A stretch of 64,000 nt of DNA, taken from positions 1,008,342 to 1,072,341 of the forward strand of contig JAWLHY010000002.1 in the NCBI GenBank assembly GCA_041690135.1, written 5' to 3'. Below, piece after piece: positions 9,603 through 19,372 of the stretch. The position numbers and the translations under genes are program-made. This stretch comes from Armatimonadota bacterium. GTDB lineage: Bacteria; Armatimonadota; SYMT01. The stretch's first letter is position 1. Each line of letters opens with the position of its first letter. The notes below the pieces were generated by a model. The model did no database searches and was not told where the DNA came from. It worked only from the letters and a program-made list of their open reading frames with translations.

Positions 9603-10736
9603 CTATGCCTGGCGCAGCAGTTGCCGGAGCTCCTGGATGTTGCCGGCGTTGACCAGGGCTTCCTCCGTGGAGATGAGTTTCGCCTCCACCAGCCGCTGCA
9701 GGCTCTGGTTCATGGTGTTCATCCCGAAGTGGCGACCATCGCGGATGGTATTGTAAAGCTCGTTCGCGTTGGCCTCTTCGATGTGCTTCCGGATACTCGG
9801 CGTGTTGATCATGATCTCCACGGCGGGCACCCGGCCCGGACCCTGCCCGCGCCGCAGCAGTCGCTGGCTGACCACCCCGGTGAGCACATTCGCCAGTTGC
9901 GAGCGGACCTGGGCGCGCTCGTGCGGCGGGAACGCGTTTACGAGGCGCTCCACGGTGGCGCCCGCGGAAGTGGTGTGCATCGTCGAGAGGATCAGGTGGC
10001 CCATCTCCGCGGCGCTCAGTGCCACCGAAATCGTCTCGGGATCCCGCATCTCGCCCAGCATGATCACGTCGGGCGACTGGCGCAGCACGCTGCGGAGACC
10101 GCTGGCGAACGAGTGGGTATCGCGTCCCACTTCCCGCTGGTAGACCACGCAGTGCTTGTCCTCGAACAGGTACTCGATGGGGTCTTCGATCGTAACGATG
10201 TTCCCGTGACGCGAGTTGTTGATGTGATCGATCAGCGAGGCCAGGGTGGTGGACTTGCCGCTGCCGGTCGGCCCGGTCACCAGGATCAACCCCTGGCGCG
10301 CGTCCGCGAGTTCTCGCAGCACCGGAGGCAGGTTCAGCTCTTCCACACTGAAGGGGCGGAGCGGAATGATCCGGAGCGCCGCGGCCACGGTGCTTTGCTG
10401 GAGGAACAGGTTCGCCCGGACCCGAACCAGATTGGGAATGGTGAAAACGAGGTCGACTTCTTCCTTCTCGGCCAGCTGCGCCATCTGCCGCTCGGCGAGG
10501 GCGGGGATGTCGTCCGCTTCCTTGCCGGGGGCATGGAAGCGCAGCAGGTAGTCCCGGCTGGCGCTGTAAATAATGGACTGCGCCAGTTCTTCCGTGTCCG
10601 CCGGCTCGAGCGGCTTCAGCTTGGTGGCGATGACGGTGCCGTCGATCCTAAGGGCCGGAGCGGAACCCGCTTTGAGTAGCAGGTCGGATGCCCGGTGGCG
10701 AATGGCCAGCTCCAACAGCTCATGGATGTTAATCAT
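9603..10736 (-). CDS. PilT/PilU family type IV pilus ATPase
   Basis: ASDLLL, GPTGSGKSTT, TIEDPIE, QREVGRDT, LRQSPDVIMLGEMRD, GHLILSTMHT, GMNTMNQSL. Confidence 0.92.
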   Translation of the reverse strand: MINIHELLELAIRHRASDLLLKAGSAPALRIDGTVIATKLKPLEPADTEELAQSIIYSASRDYLLRFHAPGKEADDIPALAERQMAQLAEKEEVDLVFTIPNLVRVRANLFLQQSTVAAALRIIPLRPFSVEELNLPPVLRELADARQGLILVTGPTGSGKSTTLASLIDHINNSRHGNIVTIEDPIEYLFEDKHCVVYQREVGRDTHSFASGLRSVLRQSPDVIMLGEMRDPETISVALSAAEMGHLILSTMHTTSAGATVERLVNAFPPHERAQVRSQLANVLTGVVSQRLLRRGQGPGRVPAVEIMINTPSIRKHIEEANANELYNTIRDGRHFGMNTMNQSLQRLVEAKLISTEEALVNAGNIQELRQLLRQA

Positions 10737-10761
10737 TACCAGCGTTTCCGGGAAGCGGAGG

Positions 10762-10775
10762 TCGGTCCCATTATA
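10762..10775 (-). promoter_or_regulatory. Candidate sigma70 extended -10 (TGCTATAAT) upstream of the pilT-like gene
   Basis: Reverse complement of ATTATAGCA about 30 nt upstream of the ATG. Confidence 0.45.
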
Positions 10776-10926
10776 GCAGAGGAAGCCTTTTGCCGCTAAG
10801 GTTCTGGGCAGCGCTTCTCAAGCGGCGCGCCTCGTCTCTTTTAGACCGGCGAGACTGCCGCTCGGTTCCACCGGGCGGCCAGGAATTCTTAGTTTTAATT
10901 TAGAAAAGGCTGGCCGGAGAAAGACT

Positions 10927-11877
10927 ATGTTGCGGCGAGAGTACATTTACGACGAAGCGTTGATCCCTTCCTGCCACGCCTCCACCCTGGTGGCGACGGA
11001 GCGGGAAGTGCTGGCCGCCTGGTTCGGCGGAACCCGGGAAGGGGCGCCGGATGTCGCCATCTGGTTTGCCCGGAGAAACGGCGCCGGCCCGGAAGGTCGG
11101 TGGTCGGCACCGGAGAAGGTCGCGTCCCACAACGGCGTGCCCTGCTGGAATCCGGTCCTGCACCAGCCCCGCCGCGGGCCGCTGCTGCTCTTCTACAAAG
11201 TCGGCCCCAGCCCGCAGACCTGGACTGGAGCGTTGCTGCGCTCGGAGAACGAAGGGGCTCGCTGGTCGCCACCGGAGGTCCTGCCGGCCGGGATCCTGGG
11301 GCCGGTCAAGAACAAGGCGTTCGAGCTGCCGGATGGGACCATGGTCTGCGGTACCAGTACGGAAAGCTACCAGGTATGGGGGTGTTGGGTGGAACGCACG
11401 CCGGACCTCGGAAAAACCTGGACCAAGCACGGCCCTATCAACGTGCCGGGCCATCTCTACGGCATCATCCAGCCCGCGGTCTTTGGCACTCCGGAGGGGA
11501 AACTCGCGATGCTCTGCCGCGCGCGGGGCCTCCACCGGATGGTCCGGGCCAGCTCGGAGGACGGTGGAAAGACCTGGACGCAGGCCTCGGCCATCGACCT
11601 TCCGCAGAACAACAGCGGTCTCGATGCGGTGCGCCTGCGGGATGGTCGTGTCGTCCTGATCTATAACCACACCACTTCCGGCCGCACCCCGCTCAACCTG
11701 GCCGTCAGCCGGGACCTGGGGCAGACCTGGAAACCCGGCCCCGTGCTGGAATCCGAACCCGGCGAATATTCTTACCCGGCCATCGTGGAAGGCCCGGACG
11801 GCCGCATCCATTTCACCTACACCTGGAATCGCAAGCGCATCCGCTACGGCGTTCTCGACCCCGAAGATCTGGGATAA
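10927..11877 (+). CDS. BNR/Asp-box repeat sialidase-family (exo-alpha-sialidase-like) protein
   Basis: CHASTL, Asp boxes SENEGARWS, SEDGGKTWT, SRDLGQTWK; RTPL and YSYPAI. Confidence 0.88.
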   Translation: MLRREYIYDEALIPSCHASTLVATEREVLAAWFGGTREGAPDVAIWFARRNGAGPEGRWSAPEKVASHNGVPCWNPVLHQPRRGPLLLFYKVGPSPQTWTGALLRSENEGARWSPPEVLPAGILGPVKNKAFELPDGTMVCGTSTESYQVWGCWVERTPDLGKTWTKHGPINVPGHLYGIIQPAVFGTPEGKLAMLCRARGLHRMVRASSEDGGKTWTQASAIDLPQNNSGLDAVRLRDGRVVLIYNHTTSGRTPLNLAVSRDLGQTWKPGPVLESEPGEYSYPAIVEGPDGRIHFTYTWNRKRIRYGVLDPEDLG

Positions 11878-11910
11878 AAAACGGGCGCACCCGAAAGGAT
11901 GCGCCCGTCC
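11876..11910. terminator. Probable intrinsic terminator between convergent genes
   Basis: AAAAA-ACGGGCGCA-loop-TGCGCCCGT; U-tract on the minus strand. Confidence 0.6.
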
Positions 11911-11939
11911 ATATTTCAACCCCGCAGGGTTCAGTTGGC

Positions 11940-12179
11940 TCAGTAATGTGGAGGCAACTGGAGGTCCGTGGGTGCCCAGTTTTCCCGGTGCGTCTCGATC
12001 CACGACAGGTAGCCGGGGTCGTCGATGTACGGGTAATTGGGCAGGGCCGACGTGCGGATCTGGTTGGATACCAGGGGTCCGTAGCAGCCGGTGACCACCC
12101 CATTGTAGTCTAACTGCACGGCGAATACTTCGCCGGACTGGCCGTGTTCCCAGAACTCAAAGATACGGTTACGATTCAT
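11940..12179 (-). CDS. Small hypothetical protein (79 aa)
   Basis: GGAGG RBS before ATG, globular-looking sequence, terminator downstream. Confidence 0.6.
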   Translation of the reverse strand: MNRNRIFEFWEHGQSGEVFAVQLDYNGVVTGCYGPLVSNQIRTSALPNYPYIDDPGYLSWIETHRENWAPTDLQLPPHY

Positions 12180-12409
12180 CGTTTCCTCCGCCCCCATGGT
12201 ACCCGGATAGGGAAAAGGCTCTAACCAGGCGAGACGTCATTGTCCGCCATTGAGAGTGCCACGGAAGCTCGCGGTTGTGCCGCCAGGTCTATATTATCGG
12301 GTCTTGGTTTCGGTGGCATTACCCCTGGGTAAGTCCTGCGGTGCCGGGGCGTCCGGCGCCGGCCCCCTCTGGGGCCGCCTCCTGATGCCTCGCGGAAGGA
12401 GGACAATCC

Positions 12410-13117
12410 ATGGATATGGACCGAGAAAGAACGCACGACGTCCACATCGAGCGGGACGCAGTCATAGAAGGACGCAAGGGCGGCACTGTAGCCGCGACCT
12501 ACCCGGGCGCGATGGCCGTCCGGCCGACCGAGAGTGAGGTTGGCGAGGTAGCTTACCTGGGCCTGAGCCGCGCTTCCTGGTCGTCCATCTGGGCCGGTTT
12601 CTTCATCGGCACGATGGCTTACATCCTGATGAACGTCCTGGGCATGGCCCTGGGTCTGACCTGGCTGAACAACGACGCGGTGACGCGCGGTGAGATGCAG
12701 ACGGCGTCCGCGATCTGGTTGATCGTTACTTCGCTGATCAGCTTCTTCATCGGCGGCTTCGTGACGGGGCGGATGATGTCTATCCCCGGTCGCGGTACGG
12801 GAGCGATGAACGGCTTCCTGTTCGGTTGCTTCAGTATCCTGTTGCTGGCGACCTTCTCGATTGCGCCGGTGCTGGGTAATCTGCCGACAGTCGCGTCGAT
12901 CTTTATGCGCCTGAACCTGGGAGGCCAGGGTGGAATGCAGGTGAGTCCCGCTAACATGCAGGCCTGGGCCTGGTGGTCGTTCATTGGTCTGATCGTGGCG
13001 CTGGGCGCCGCCACTGTGGGTGGCATGTTCGGCGCTCGTCGGGCGGATGTAGACCCGCTGACCACGGGCGAGGAGCGCGACCATGGCCATCATCGTCGCG
13101 CCGAAGCCGCCGGCTAA
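12410..13117 (+). CDS. Hypothetical four-helix membrane protein
   Basis: AAGGAGG RBS; SWSSIWAG motif and four hydrophobic segments. Confidence 0.75.
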   Translation: MDMDRERTHDVHIERDAVIEGRKGGTVAATYPGAMAVRPTESEVGEVAYLGLSRASWSSIWAGFFIGTMAYILMNVLGMALGLTWLNNDAVTRGEMQTASAIWLIVTSLISFFIGGFVTGRMMSIPGRGTGAMNGFLFGCFSILLLATFSIAPVLGNLPTVASIFMRLNLGGQGGMQVSPANMQAWAWWSFIGLIVALGAATVGGMFGARRADVDPLTTGEERDHGHHRRAEAAG

Positions 13118-13149
13118 CGCTGGTTAGGACTGGTTAACGCAGACTAAGA

Positions 13150-13195
13150 GACGTGGAGGCACGGTCCCTGATATAAGGGACCGTGCCTCCACGTC
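13150..13195. terminator. Perfect 20-bp stem hairpin overlapping the predicted mutY start
   Basis: GACGTGGAGGCACGGTCCCT-GATATA-AGGGACCGTGCCTCCACGTC. Confidence 0.6.
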
Positions 13196-14367
13196 GTTCT
13201 TCCCTTCCATTACCCCCTCCGGGCGCCGACCCGGATCCCACGCCAACGCTCGATCCCGAGCTCGCGCGGGCCATCTCCGAGCCCCTGTTGCTCTGGTTTC
13301 GCGCACACCAGCGGGACCTGCCCTGGCGGCGCGATACCCGCCCCTACGCGATCTGGGTGTCGGAGATGATGCTCCAGCAGACGCAGGTGGCGACGGTTAT
13401 TCCTTACTTCGAGCGCTGGATGCAGCGTTTCCCCACGGTCGAGGCGCTCGCCGCCGCGGAAGAGGCGGAGGTCCTGCACGCCTGGCAGGGCCTGGGCTAC
13501 TATTCTCGTGCCCGCAACCTCCTGCGGGGCGCCCGAGAGGTGGTGGAGCGCTTCGACGGCCGCGTGCCGGAAGACCCGGCCCAACTGCTGAGCCTGCCGG
13601 GCATCGGGCGCTATACGGCAGGCGCGATTGCCAGCATCGCTTACAACCGTTCTGCCCCCATCGTGGATGGGAACGTGATGCGGGTGCTGACACGCCTCTT
13701 CGCCCTGCGCGGCGATCCTCGCAAGCCGCCCTTGGCGCCTCGCCTGTGGGATCTGGCGGAAGCGTTGATCCCGGAGGGGCATGCGCGCGAGTTCAACCCC
13801 GCCCTCATGGAACTGGGCGCTACCGTGTGTACCCCGGCCCGCCCGCGCTGTGAAGACTGCCCCGTGGCGGAAGCATGCGAAGCCCGGGCGCTCGGCATTC
13901 CGGAGGAACTGCCCGAATCAGCCGCCGGTCCGCAGATCACGCCGGTTTCCATGGCCGCGGCCATCGTCCGGGATGGCGACCGCGTGTTGCTGGTTCAGCG
14001 CCCCGAAACAGCCAGCCGGTGGGCCGGGATGTGGGAGTTTCCCAACGCGGAAGTGGGGGAGCGGGAAACGCCTGAAGAGGCGGCCGCCCGCGCCGTCCGG
14101 GAGGCCACGGGGCTGGCGGTAGAATGCGGCGCCCGCGCGACCACCATCCGCCACTCCGTTACCCGCTACCGCATCACCCTCACGGTTTTTCACGCGGCGC
14201 TTGCAGGCAACTGTGGGAGCGATCCCGCACGGACTCATTTCGACTGGAAATGGGTCCATCCCGCCGAACTATCCGACTATCCGCTCCCGGCGGCGCACCG
14301 GAAGATCGCCGACCGGATCACGATCCATACGGAAGAGGTCCAGCGTGAGTTCAACTTCGGTGGTTGA
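13183..14367 (+). CDS. mutY: A/G-specific adenine glycosylase MutY
   Basis: RDLPWR, WVSEMMLQQTQV, WQGLGYYSRARNL, LPGIGRYTAGAI (HhH), VDGNV, CTPARPRCEDCPVAEAC Fe-S motif, C-terminal NUDIX-like domain. Confidence 0.96.
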   Translation: MPPRRSSLPLPPPGADPDPTPTLDPELARAISEPLLLWFRAHQRDLPWRRDTRPYAIWVSEMMLQQTQVATVIPYFERWMQRFPTVEALAAAEEAEVLHAWQGLGYYSRARNLLRGAREVVERFDGRVPEDPAQLLSLPGIGRYTAGAIASIAYNRSAPIVDGNVMRVLTRLFALRGDPRKPPLAPRLWDLAEALIPEGHAREFNPALMELGATVCTPARPRCEDCPVAEACEARALGIPEELPESAAGPQITPVSMAAAIVRDGDRVLLVQRPETASRWAGMWEFPNAEVGERETPEEAAARAVREATGLAVECGARATTIRHSVTRYRITLTVFHAALAGNCGSDPARTHFDWKWVHPAELSDYPLPAAHRKIADRITIHTEEVQREFNFGG

Positions 14368-14761
14368 GGTAGCCCTGGCGCTGGTCCGGCGGCAGGGCTA
14401 CCTGCTCATCACGCGGCGCCCCGCGCACACCCACCTGGGCGGGCTCTGGGAATTTCCCGGAGGCAAGTGCCGCGCCGGAGAATCGCCCGAGGAATGTGCG
14501 GAACGGGAGACGCTGGAGGAGGTCGGCGTCCGCTGCCGGGCGGTCCGGCGTCGCGCGACGATCGAGTTTACCTACCCGGAGCGGACGGTCCGCCTCTACC
14601 CCATCGAGTGTGAGTATGTCGCGGGCGACCCTCGCCCACTGGAAGTCGCGGAGTGGGCCTGGGTCGCCCCGGCAGAACTCACCGCCTATCCTTTCCCTCC
14701 GGCCAACGCTGGTCTCATCCAGGATCTACAGGCCCCGGAGCTACAGGCCGGAGACGTTTAG
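14360..14761 (+). CDS. MutT-like NUDIX (deoxy)nucleoside triphosphate pyrophosphohydrolase
   Basis: HLGGLWEFPGGK, Nudix box GESPEECAERETLEEVGV, YPFPPAN; GTG start overlaps the mutY end. Confidence 0.88.
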   Translation: MVEVALALVRRQGYLLITRRPAHTHLGGLWEFPGGKCRAGESPEECAERETLEEVGVRCRAVRRRATIEFTYPERTVRLYPIECEYVAGDPRPLEVAEWAWVAPAELTAYPFPPANAGLIQDLQAPELQAGDV

Positions 14762-16042
14762 CAGCGGCTCGTGGATTCCGTCCGGGTCGTCGGAGGGGGA
14801 GAAGCTGGCCCCGCGAGCCACCAGGGCATCCCGCACCTGTTTCGGCGTGGCTTGCGGGTGGGTGGCCAGGTACAGGGCAGCGGCGCCGGCCACGTGCGGA
14901 GAGGCCTGGCTCGTGCCGCTGAACGAGGCGTACTTCTTCCCCTTGAACGTGGAACGTATGCTCACCCCCGGCGCCACCAGGTCGATCCGCTCGCCGTAGT
15001 TGCTGAAGTCGGCGAAGCTCTCGTCATTTTCGACGTAGTTGCGGCGGATGCGGAAGAGCGAGGGATCGTAGCCCGCGGAGCCGTCCCGGTCCGCCATGGC
15101 GGACACGGTAATCACCCCATCCAGGATGGCGGGGTAGATCGGAAAGGCATAGGGCAGGGCGCCGGCGATGTCCTGGCGGTCGTTGCCGGCAGCCACCACC
15201 ACGGTCACTCCCGCCGCCACGCAACTGGAGATGGCGCTCCGCAGCGGTTCGGGATCATCGATCTCGCCTCCCAGGCTGAGGTTGGCCACGTCGATCGTGC
15301 CGGCGTTGGCCGCTACCCAGTCGAGGCCCTTGATCACGTCCGACCACTTCCCCTTGCCGCTACGCGGCAGTACCCGGACCGACCACAAGCGCACGCCGGG
15401 GGCTACGCCCACCACGCCCTGCCCATTGTCCAGAGCGCCGATGATCCCCGCGACGTGCGTGCCGTGCCCGTGGGCGTCCGTGTACTTGCCGCCGCGCAGC
15501 ACGCCATAGCCTCCAGCGACCCGGAGGTCGGGGTGCCGGGTATCGATTCCCGTATCCAGGACGGCCACATCCACGGGGATGGGCGTGTCGATCCCGTCCA
15601 GGTCGGCCGTGGGGCTGTGGCCCGTGCCGCAGCGCGCGATACCGGTGGGCACCGCCTGTCCCCGCGCGGCTCGCGGAGCCCGGGTGGTCTGGGGGGTGTT
15701 GCCGACGGCGTCCGGCTGTCGCGGAATCTGTACGGTAAGGTCCCGCACGACTCGCCACACGCGCGGATCACTCCGAAGCGCCCGCACTTGCGCCGGCGTG
15801 AGGTCCGCGGCAAACCCCGCGAAGGCGCGCCCATACACGTGGCGCGGCTGCACTCCCGTCCGGCGCATGACCCCCGCGGCCGACTGGGACGCGAGCCCGC
15901 GGCGCAGTTGGACGATATAGCCGCTGGCGGTCGCTGGCGATTGCGCTACCGCGCTATGGACGGCCAGGGTGGCGGCGAGCGATCCGAAGACGAGTGCGGG
16001 ACGGACGAGGAGGCGCGGCAGGCGAGGGGAGGAACACGACAT
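14741..16042 (-). CDS. Secreted S8 subtilisin-family serine peptidase with I9 prodomain
   Basis: Signal peptide; VAVLDTGID, HGHGTHVAG, AAGN and SGTSQASPHVAG catalytic motifs. Confidence 0.95.
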   Translation of the reverse strand: MSCSSPRLPRLLVRPALVFGSLAATLAVHSAVAQSPATASGYIVQLRRGLASQSAAGVMRRTGVQPRHVYGRAFAGFAADLTPAQVRALRSDPRVWRVVRDLTVQIPRQPDAVGNTPQTTRAPRAARGQAVPTGIARCGTGHSPTADLDGIDTPIPVDVAVLDTGIDTRHPDLRVAGGYGVLRGGKYTDAHGHGTHVAGIIGALDNGQGVVGVAPGVRLWSVRVLPRSGKGKWSDVIKGLDWVAANAGTIDVANLSLGGEIDDPEPLRSAISSCVAAGVTVVVAAGNDRQDIAGALPYAFPIYPAILDGVITVSAMADRDGSAGYDPSLFRIRRNYVENDESFADFSNYGERIDLVAPGVSIRSTFKGKKYASFSGTSQASPHVAGAAALYLATHPQATPKQVRDALVARGASFSPSDDPDGIHEPLLNVSGL

Positions 16043-16313
16043 CGGGCGGATACATCCTCGGGAGGCAAACAGGCTCCCTCACATCATACCTTCGGACGGG
16101 ACTGAGATGCCGCCCACCGCTGGAATCTGCAATATTGCATGAGATCCTCAGGGTTTCCTGTACGAGACATGGCCGCGGAATAGGGTAGCCATGGGCGTGA
16201 TCGAGTGCTATACTGTTGCAGTTGCCCGGCGCGGGAGCTTTGCCGCTCCCTCCTCGGCGACAAATGAATGAGGGCACCGGTAAGCGGTGCACGAAACTGA
16301 AGGGGGCGGGGAA

Positions 16314-16736
16314 ATGAAGTGGTCGGGCGTTGGCTCGGGGATGGCGGTGCTGTGCGCCGTGCATTGCGTGGCGCTGCCGGTGCTGGCGGGCGCATCCTGC
16401 TGCGTCCACGATAGTCCCTGGTCCAGCCCCTGGGTGGAAGGCAGCATGCTCGGATTCACGGCCGTGGTGGGCTTCGGCACGCTGGGCGCCGGCTTCCGCC
16501 GCCACCGGCAGTTCCTCCCCCTCGTCATGCTGACCCTGGGCCTGGGGGCGATGCTTTTCTCCCACTTCCAACTCTCGGGCCCCCCCGCGACCGCCGCCAC
16601 CATCCTCGGCGCGTTGATGATCGTCGGCGCCCAGCTCTTCAACGGCCGCTGCCCCGCCGTCTGCTGCACCACCCATACCAGCCACCCGGACATGGAGCCC
16701 CAGCAGGCCACCGCATCCGCCCCCAGCCGCGCCTGA
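16314..16736 (+). CDS. MerC domain-containing membrane protein
   Basis: LCAVHCVALP motif, GFRRHR, four hydrophobic segments, Cys/His-rich tail. Confidence 0.75.
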   Translation: MKWSGVGSGMAVLCAVHCVALPVLAGASCCVHDSPWSSPWVEGSMLGFTAVVGFGTLGAGFRRHRQFLPLVMLTLGLGAMLFSHFQLSGPPATAATILGALMIVGAQLFNGRCPAVCCTTHTSHPDMEPQQATASAPSRA

Positions 16737-17130
16737 GCTGCCCGTCGCTCTCTTCCGCACCCTTTGGCACCAACGTTGACCTGCAAGCGTTACTCCGGCC
16801 TCCGGGGTTCCGGGTAACGCTTGCATTGTTCCGCTGATACCGCATAGCGCTGCGGCCACCCAGGCGGAGCGTACGTTCGCCTCCGCCCGCTGACGGCAAC
16901 CTGGCTCCCCACTCCCGGTGTCCGGGCCGCATCGCCATGTCCTGTTCTTGCTTGGCTCGCGTGCGCCTTACTTGTCCCCAGAGTCTAAATTTCATCTGAA
17001 TCCCGTGATGGATTTAGTCGAGACAAAATTCAATTCCAACTCCCTGTGACACCTGCGGTTCGGTGCGCTATACCTATGCCGTGCCTGCGCATCAGGCGTC
17101 CGTATCCTACCCCTATCAGGAGATTGGAGA

Positions 17131-17880
17131 ATGCGTGTTTCGGCGTCCCGCCGCGGCTTCACCTTGATCGAATTGCTCGTGGTGATAGCGATCATAGCCA
17201 TTCTGGCGGCCATCCTCTTTCCCGTGTTTGCCAAGGCACGGGAGGCGGCCCGGGCCACCAGTTGTCGCAGTAATCTCAAGCAGTTGGGCAATGCCCTGAT
17301 GATGTACGTGCAGGACTACGACGAGGCCTATCCGCTGCGGCGCTTCCAGCCGATCGTCGGCCCGCATTGGGACGACAACAGTTGGCGGACGGTGATTCAG
17401 CCCTACGTCAAGAACACCCAGGTGCTTGTCTGCTCCTCCAATCCGCACAAGCAGGCCCAGAGCTACGACCCCGAGTTCGGCATCTCTTACGCCTGCAACA
17501 CAAACTGGGCCGGTACCGACTATTCGGCGCCGGAGAAGGGGCTTTTCGGTAACGCCGTTCCCGTCAGCATGGCGGCGGTCGAGCGCCCCGCGGATCTGAT
17601 CGCAGTAGGGGAGCTCTACAACATTCCGTACGTGAGTCTCATCATCGACGTCGATACCGGAGCGGCCACCAGCCACACCGGGCAGCCCGTGACCTTTTAC
17701 GGAGAGGCGATTTTTGCCGGCCACAGCGGCCGGAGCAACTACCTGTTTGCGGACGGGCACGTCAAGGCGCTCAAACCCACCCAGACGGCACAGCCGGTGA
17801 ACCTTTGGTACATCGACCACTCGCCCCTATCCGCCACTGGCATGAATGTGCTTCGCACCGCGGAGTCCCGGTTCCCCTGA
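17131..17880 (+). CDS. Prepilin-type N-terminal cleavage/methylation DUF1559-like protein with H-X9-DG motif
   Basis: [64 protein letters not shown]. Confidence 0.95.
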   Translation: MRVSASRRGFTLIELLVVIAIIAILAAILFPVFAKAREAARATSCRSNLKQLGNALMMYVQDYDEAYPLRRFQPIVGPHWDDNSWRTVIQPYVKNTQVLVCSSNPHKQAQSYDPEFGISYACNTNWAGTDYSAPEKGLFGNAVPVSMAAVERPADLIAVGELYNIPYVSLIIDVDTGAATSHTGQPVTFYGEAIFAGHSGRSNYLFADGHVKALKPTQTAQPVNLWYIDHSPLSATGMNVLRTAESRFP

Positions 17881-18229
17881 TGTGGATAACGCCCTGGAAG
17901 GGAGCGCCTACGTGCAGGCGCCGTTGTACGTCTACGGCAGCTTCCATGCCCGCCACAACGGCAGCGGCTCCGTCCTCTGGGCGGACGGGCACGTCTCCAC
18001 GGAGCGTCCCAAGGTATTGCGCACCATCTACCCGGCGGGGAACCGCCCTGCCGATCGGGTCAAGAAGCTCACCCTCGGGGACGTAGACCGCGACGGCAAC
18101 CCGAGTACGGACGAACTGAAGAACCGTCTTCGTCACCAGCCACCCCTCCGGCAGGCGCACCCCGTGCTCCCCGCGCCCGCAGAGCCATCCGAGGGGCTTC
18201 CTGCGGAAGCGGGAGCTCCCGCTCGCTGA
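17881..18229 (+). pseudogene. Orphan C-terminal fragment of a second H-X9-DG prepilin-associated protein
   Basis: Different frame directly after the stop codon: FHARHNGSGSVLWADGHVS; no prepilin N-terminus. Confidence 0.65.
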
Positions 18230-18231
18230 GG

Positions 18232-19197
18232 CTACTCGCGGTACTGCAGGTACTGGTGTTCAAAAGTGCCGTCGTCGAACAGGTCGACGACGGCATAGCC
18301 CGCCTGGGTCTCCTGGTAGGGGCCCTTCCACCAGCCGCCCGAAACGGCGCCGTTGCAGAGGTAGGTGACGCCGTTATAATCGAGCCGGTCCCGCAGGTGG
18401 ATGTGCCCGCTCAGGCAGAGCCGCACGTTGGGATGCCGGACGAAGAGGTCCTTGATCCTCCGTGCGTCGGTGTGCATCCAGGCTCCCGGCACCACCCAAT
18501 TCCCTGACTTCTCGTTCTCCCCATCCAGGAAGGCGCACCCGCAGAGGATGGGGATGTGGGAGAGCACCAGCACCGGGGTAGTGGCGGGAATGCGGCGCAG
18601 CTCCGCGGCGAACCAGTCGAACTGCGCCTCATCCAGGCGCGCGGTATAGACGCCACCCTCCACCGCGTGGGTGCTGTCCAGCACGAAAAGCCGCCAGCCC
18701 TGAAGATCGAGGCTGTAGAACCGCTCCTGGAGTCCCAGCCGCTCCATGGCGGCCCGCTTCCCGAAGAGCGGCTCGTTCCCGGTGGTGCCGCTCTTCTTCC
18801 GGTCCCAGCCCCACACGTCGTGGTTGCCCAGGCAATGGACTATCCGGAGCTTGCAGTCCTCCCGCAACACCCGGTCCCAGAGATCCCACTGTTGCTTCGC
18901 GCGAGCCCAGTCCGTGCCCAGCGTGTCCATCACCATGTCGCCGCCGTTCAGGATCAGGTCCGGGCGGTCGGCCAGCCCATGCACGTGCTGGAGACAGGCC
19001 GCCATCCCCGCCGCGGCCTCCCGCTCCGGTTGCACGTGAATATCCGTCAGGTGCGCCAGCCGGACAACGCGGCGGCGGGCCCGCTTTTCGGACGTGGTCG
19101 CTTCCGCCGCCTCGCCGCTGTGCACCGGCAAGCTGGCTGTCGCCCCGGCCACCATCCCGGAGAGCACCGCTCGCCGGCTCCAACCCTGCGCTTCCAT
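18232..19197 (-). CDS. Tat-exported calcineurin-like metallophosphoesterase
   Basis: SRRAVL twin-arginine; HLTDIH, GGD, GNHD, SHIP, GHIH. Confidence 0.92.
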   Translation of the reverse strand: MEAQGWSRRAVLSGMVAGATASLPVHSGEAAEATTSEKRARRRVVRLAHLTDIHVQPEREAAAGMAACLQHVHGLADRPDLILNGGDMVMDTLGTDWARAKQQWDLWDRVLREDCKLRIVHCLGNHDVWGWDRKKSGTTGNEPLFGKRAAMERLGLQERFYSLDLQGWRLFVLDSTHAVEGGVYTARLDEAQFDWFAAELRRIPATTPVLVLSHIPILCGCAFLDGENEKSGNWVVPGAWMHTDARRIKDLFVRHPNVRLCLSGHIHLRDRLDYNGVTYLCNGAVSGGWWKGPYQETQAGYAVVDLFDDGTFEHQYLQYRE

Positions 19198-19372
19198 GAA
19201 CGATCCTCCACTACAGCCAGCCAGTCAGTAGCCCCGGCTATGCCCCGCCACACCGTTCCCCACGTCTCGCCAACCCCACCAACCCCTGCATCCCTTCCCT
19301 GGCGCTCAGCAGCCCTCATCCCGAGCTGCGTACCAATCCTCATCCTGCACCCAGTGGGAGTCCGGGCGCCAG

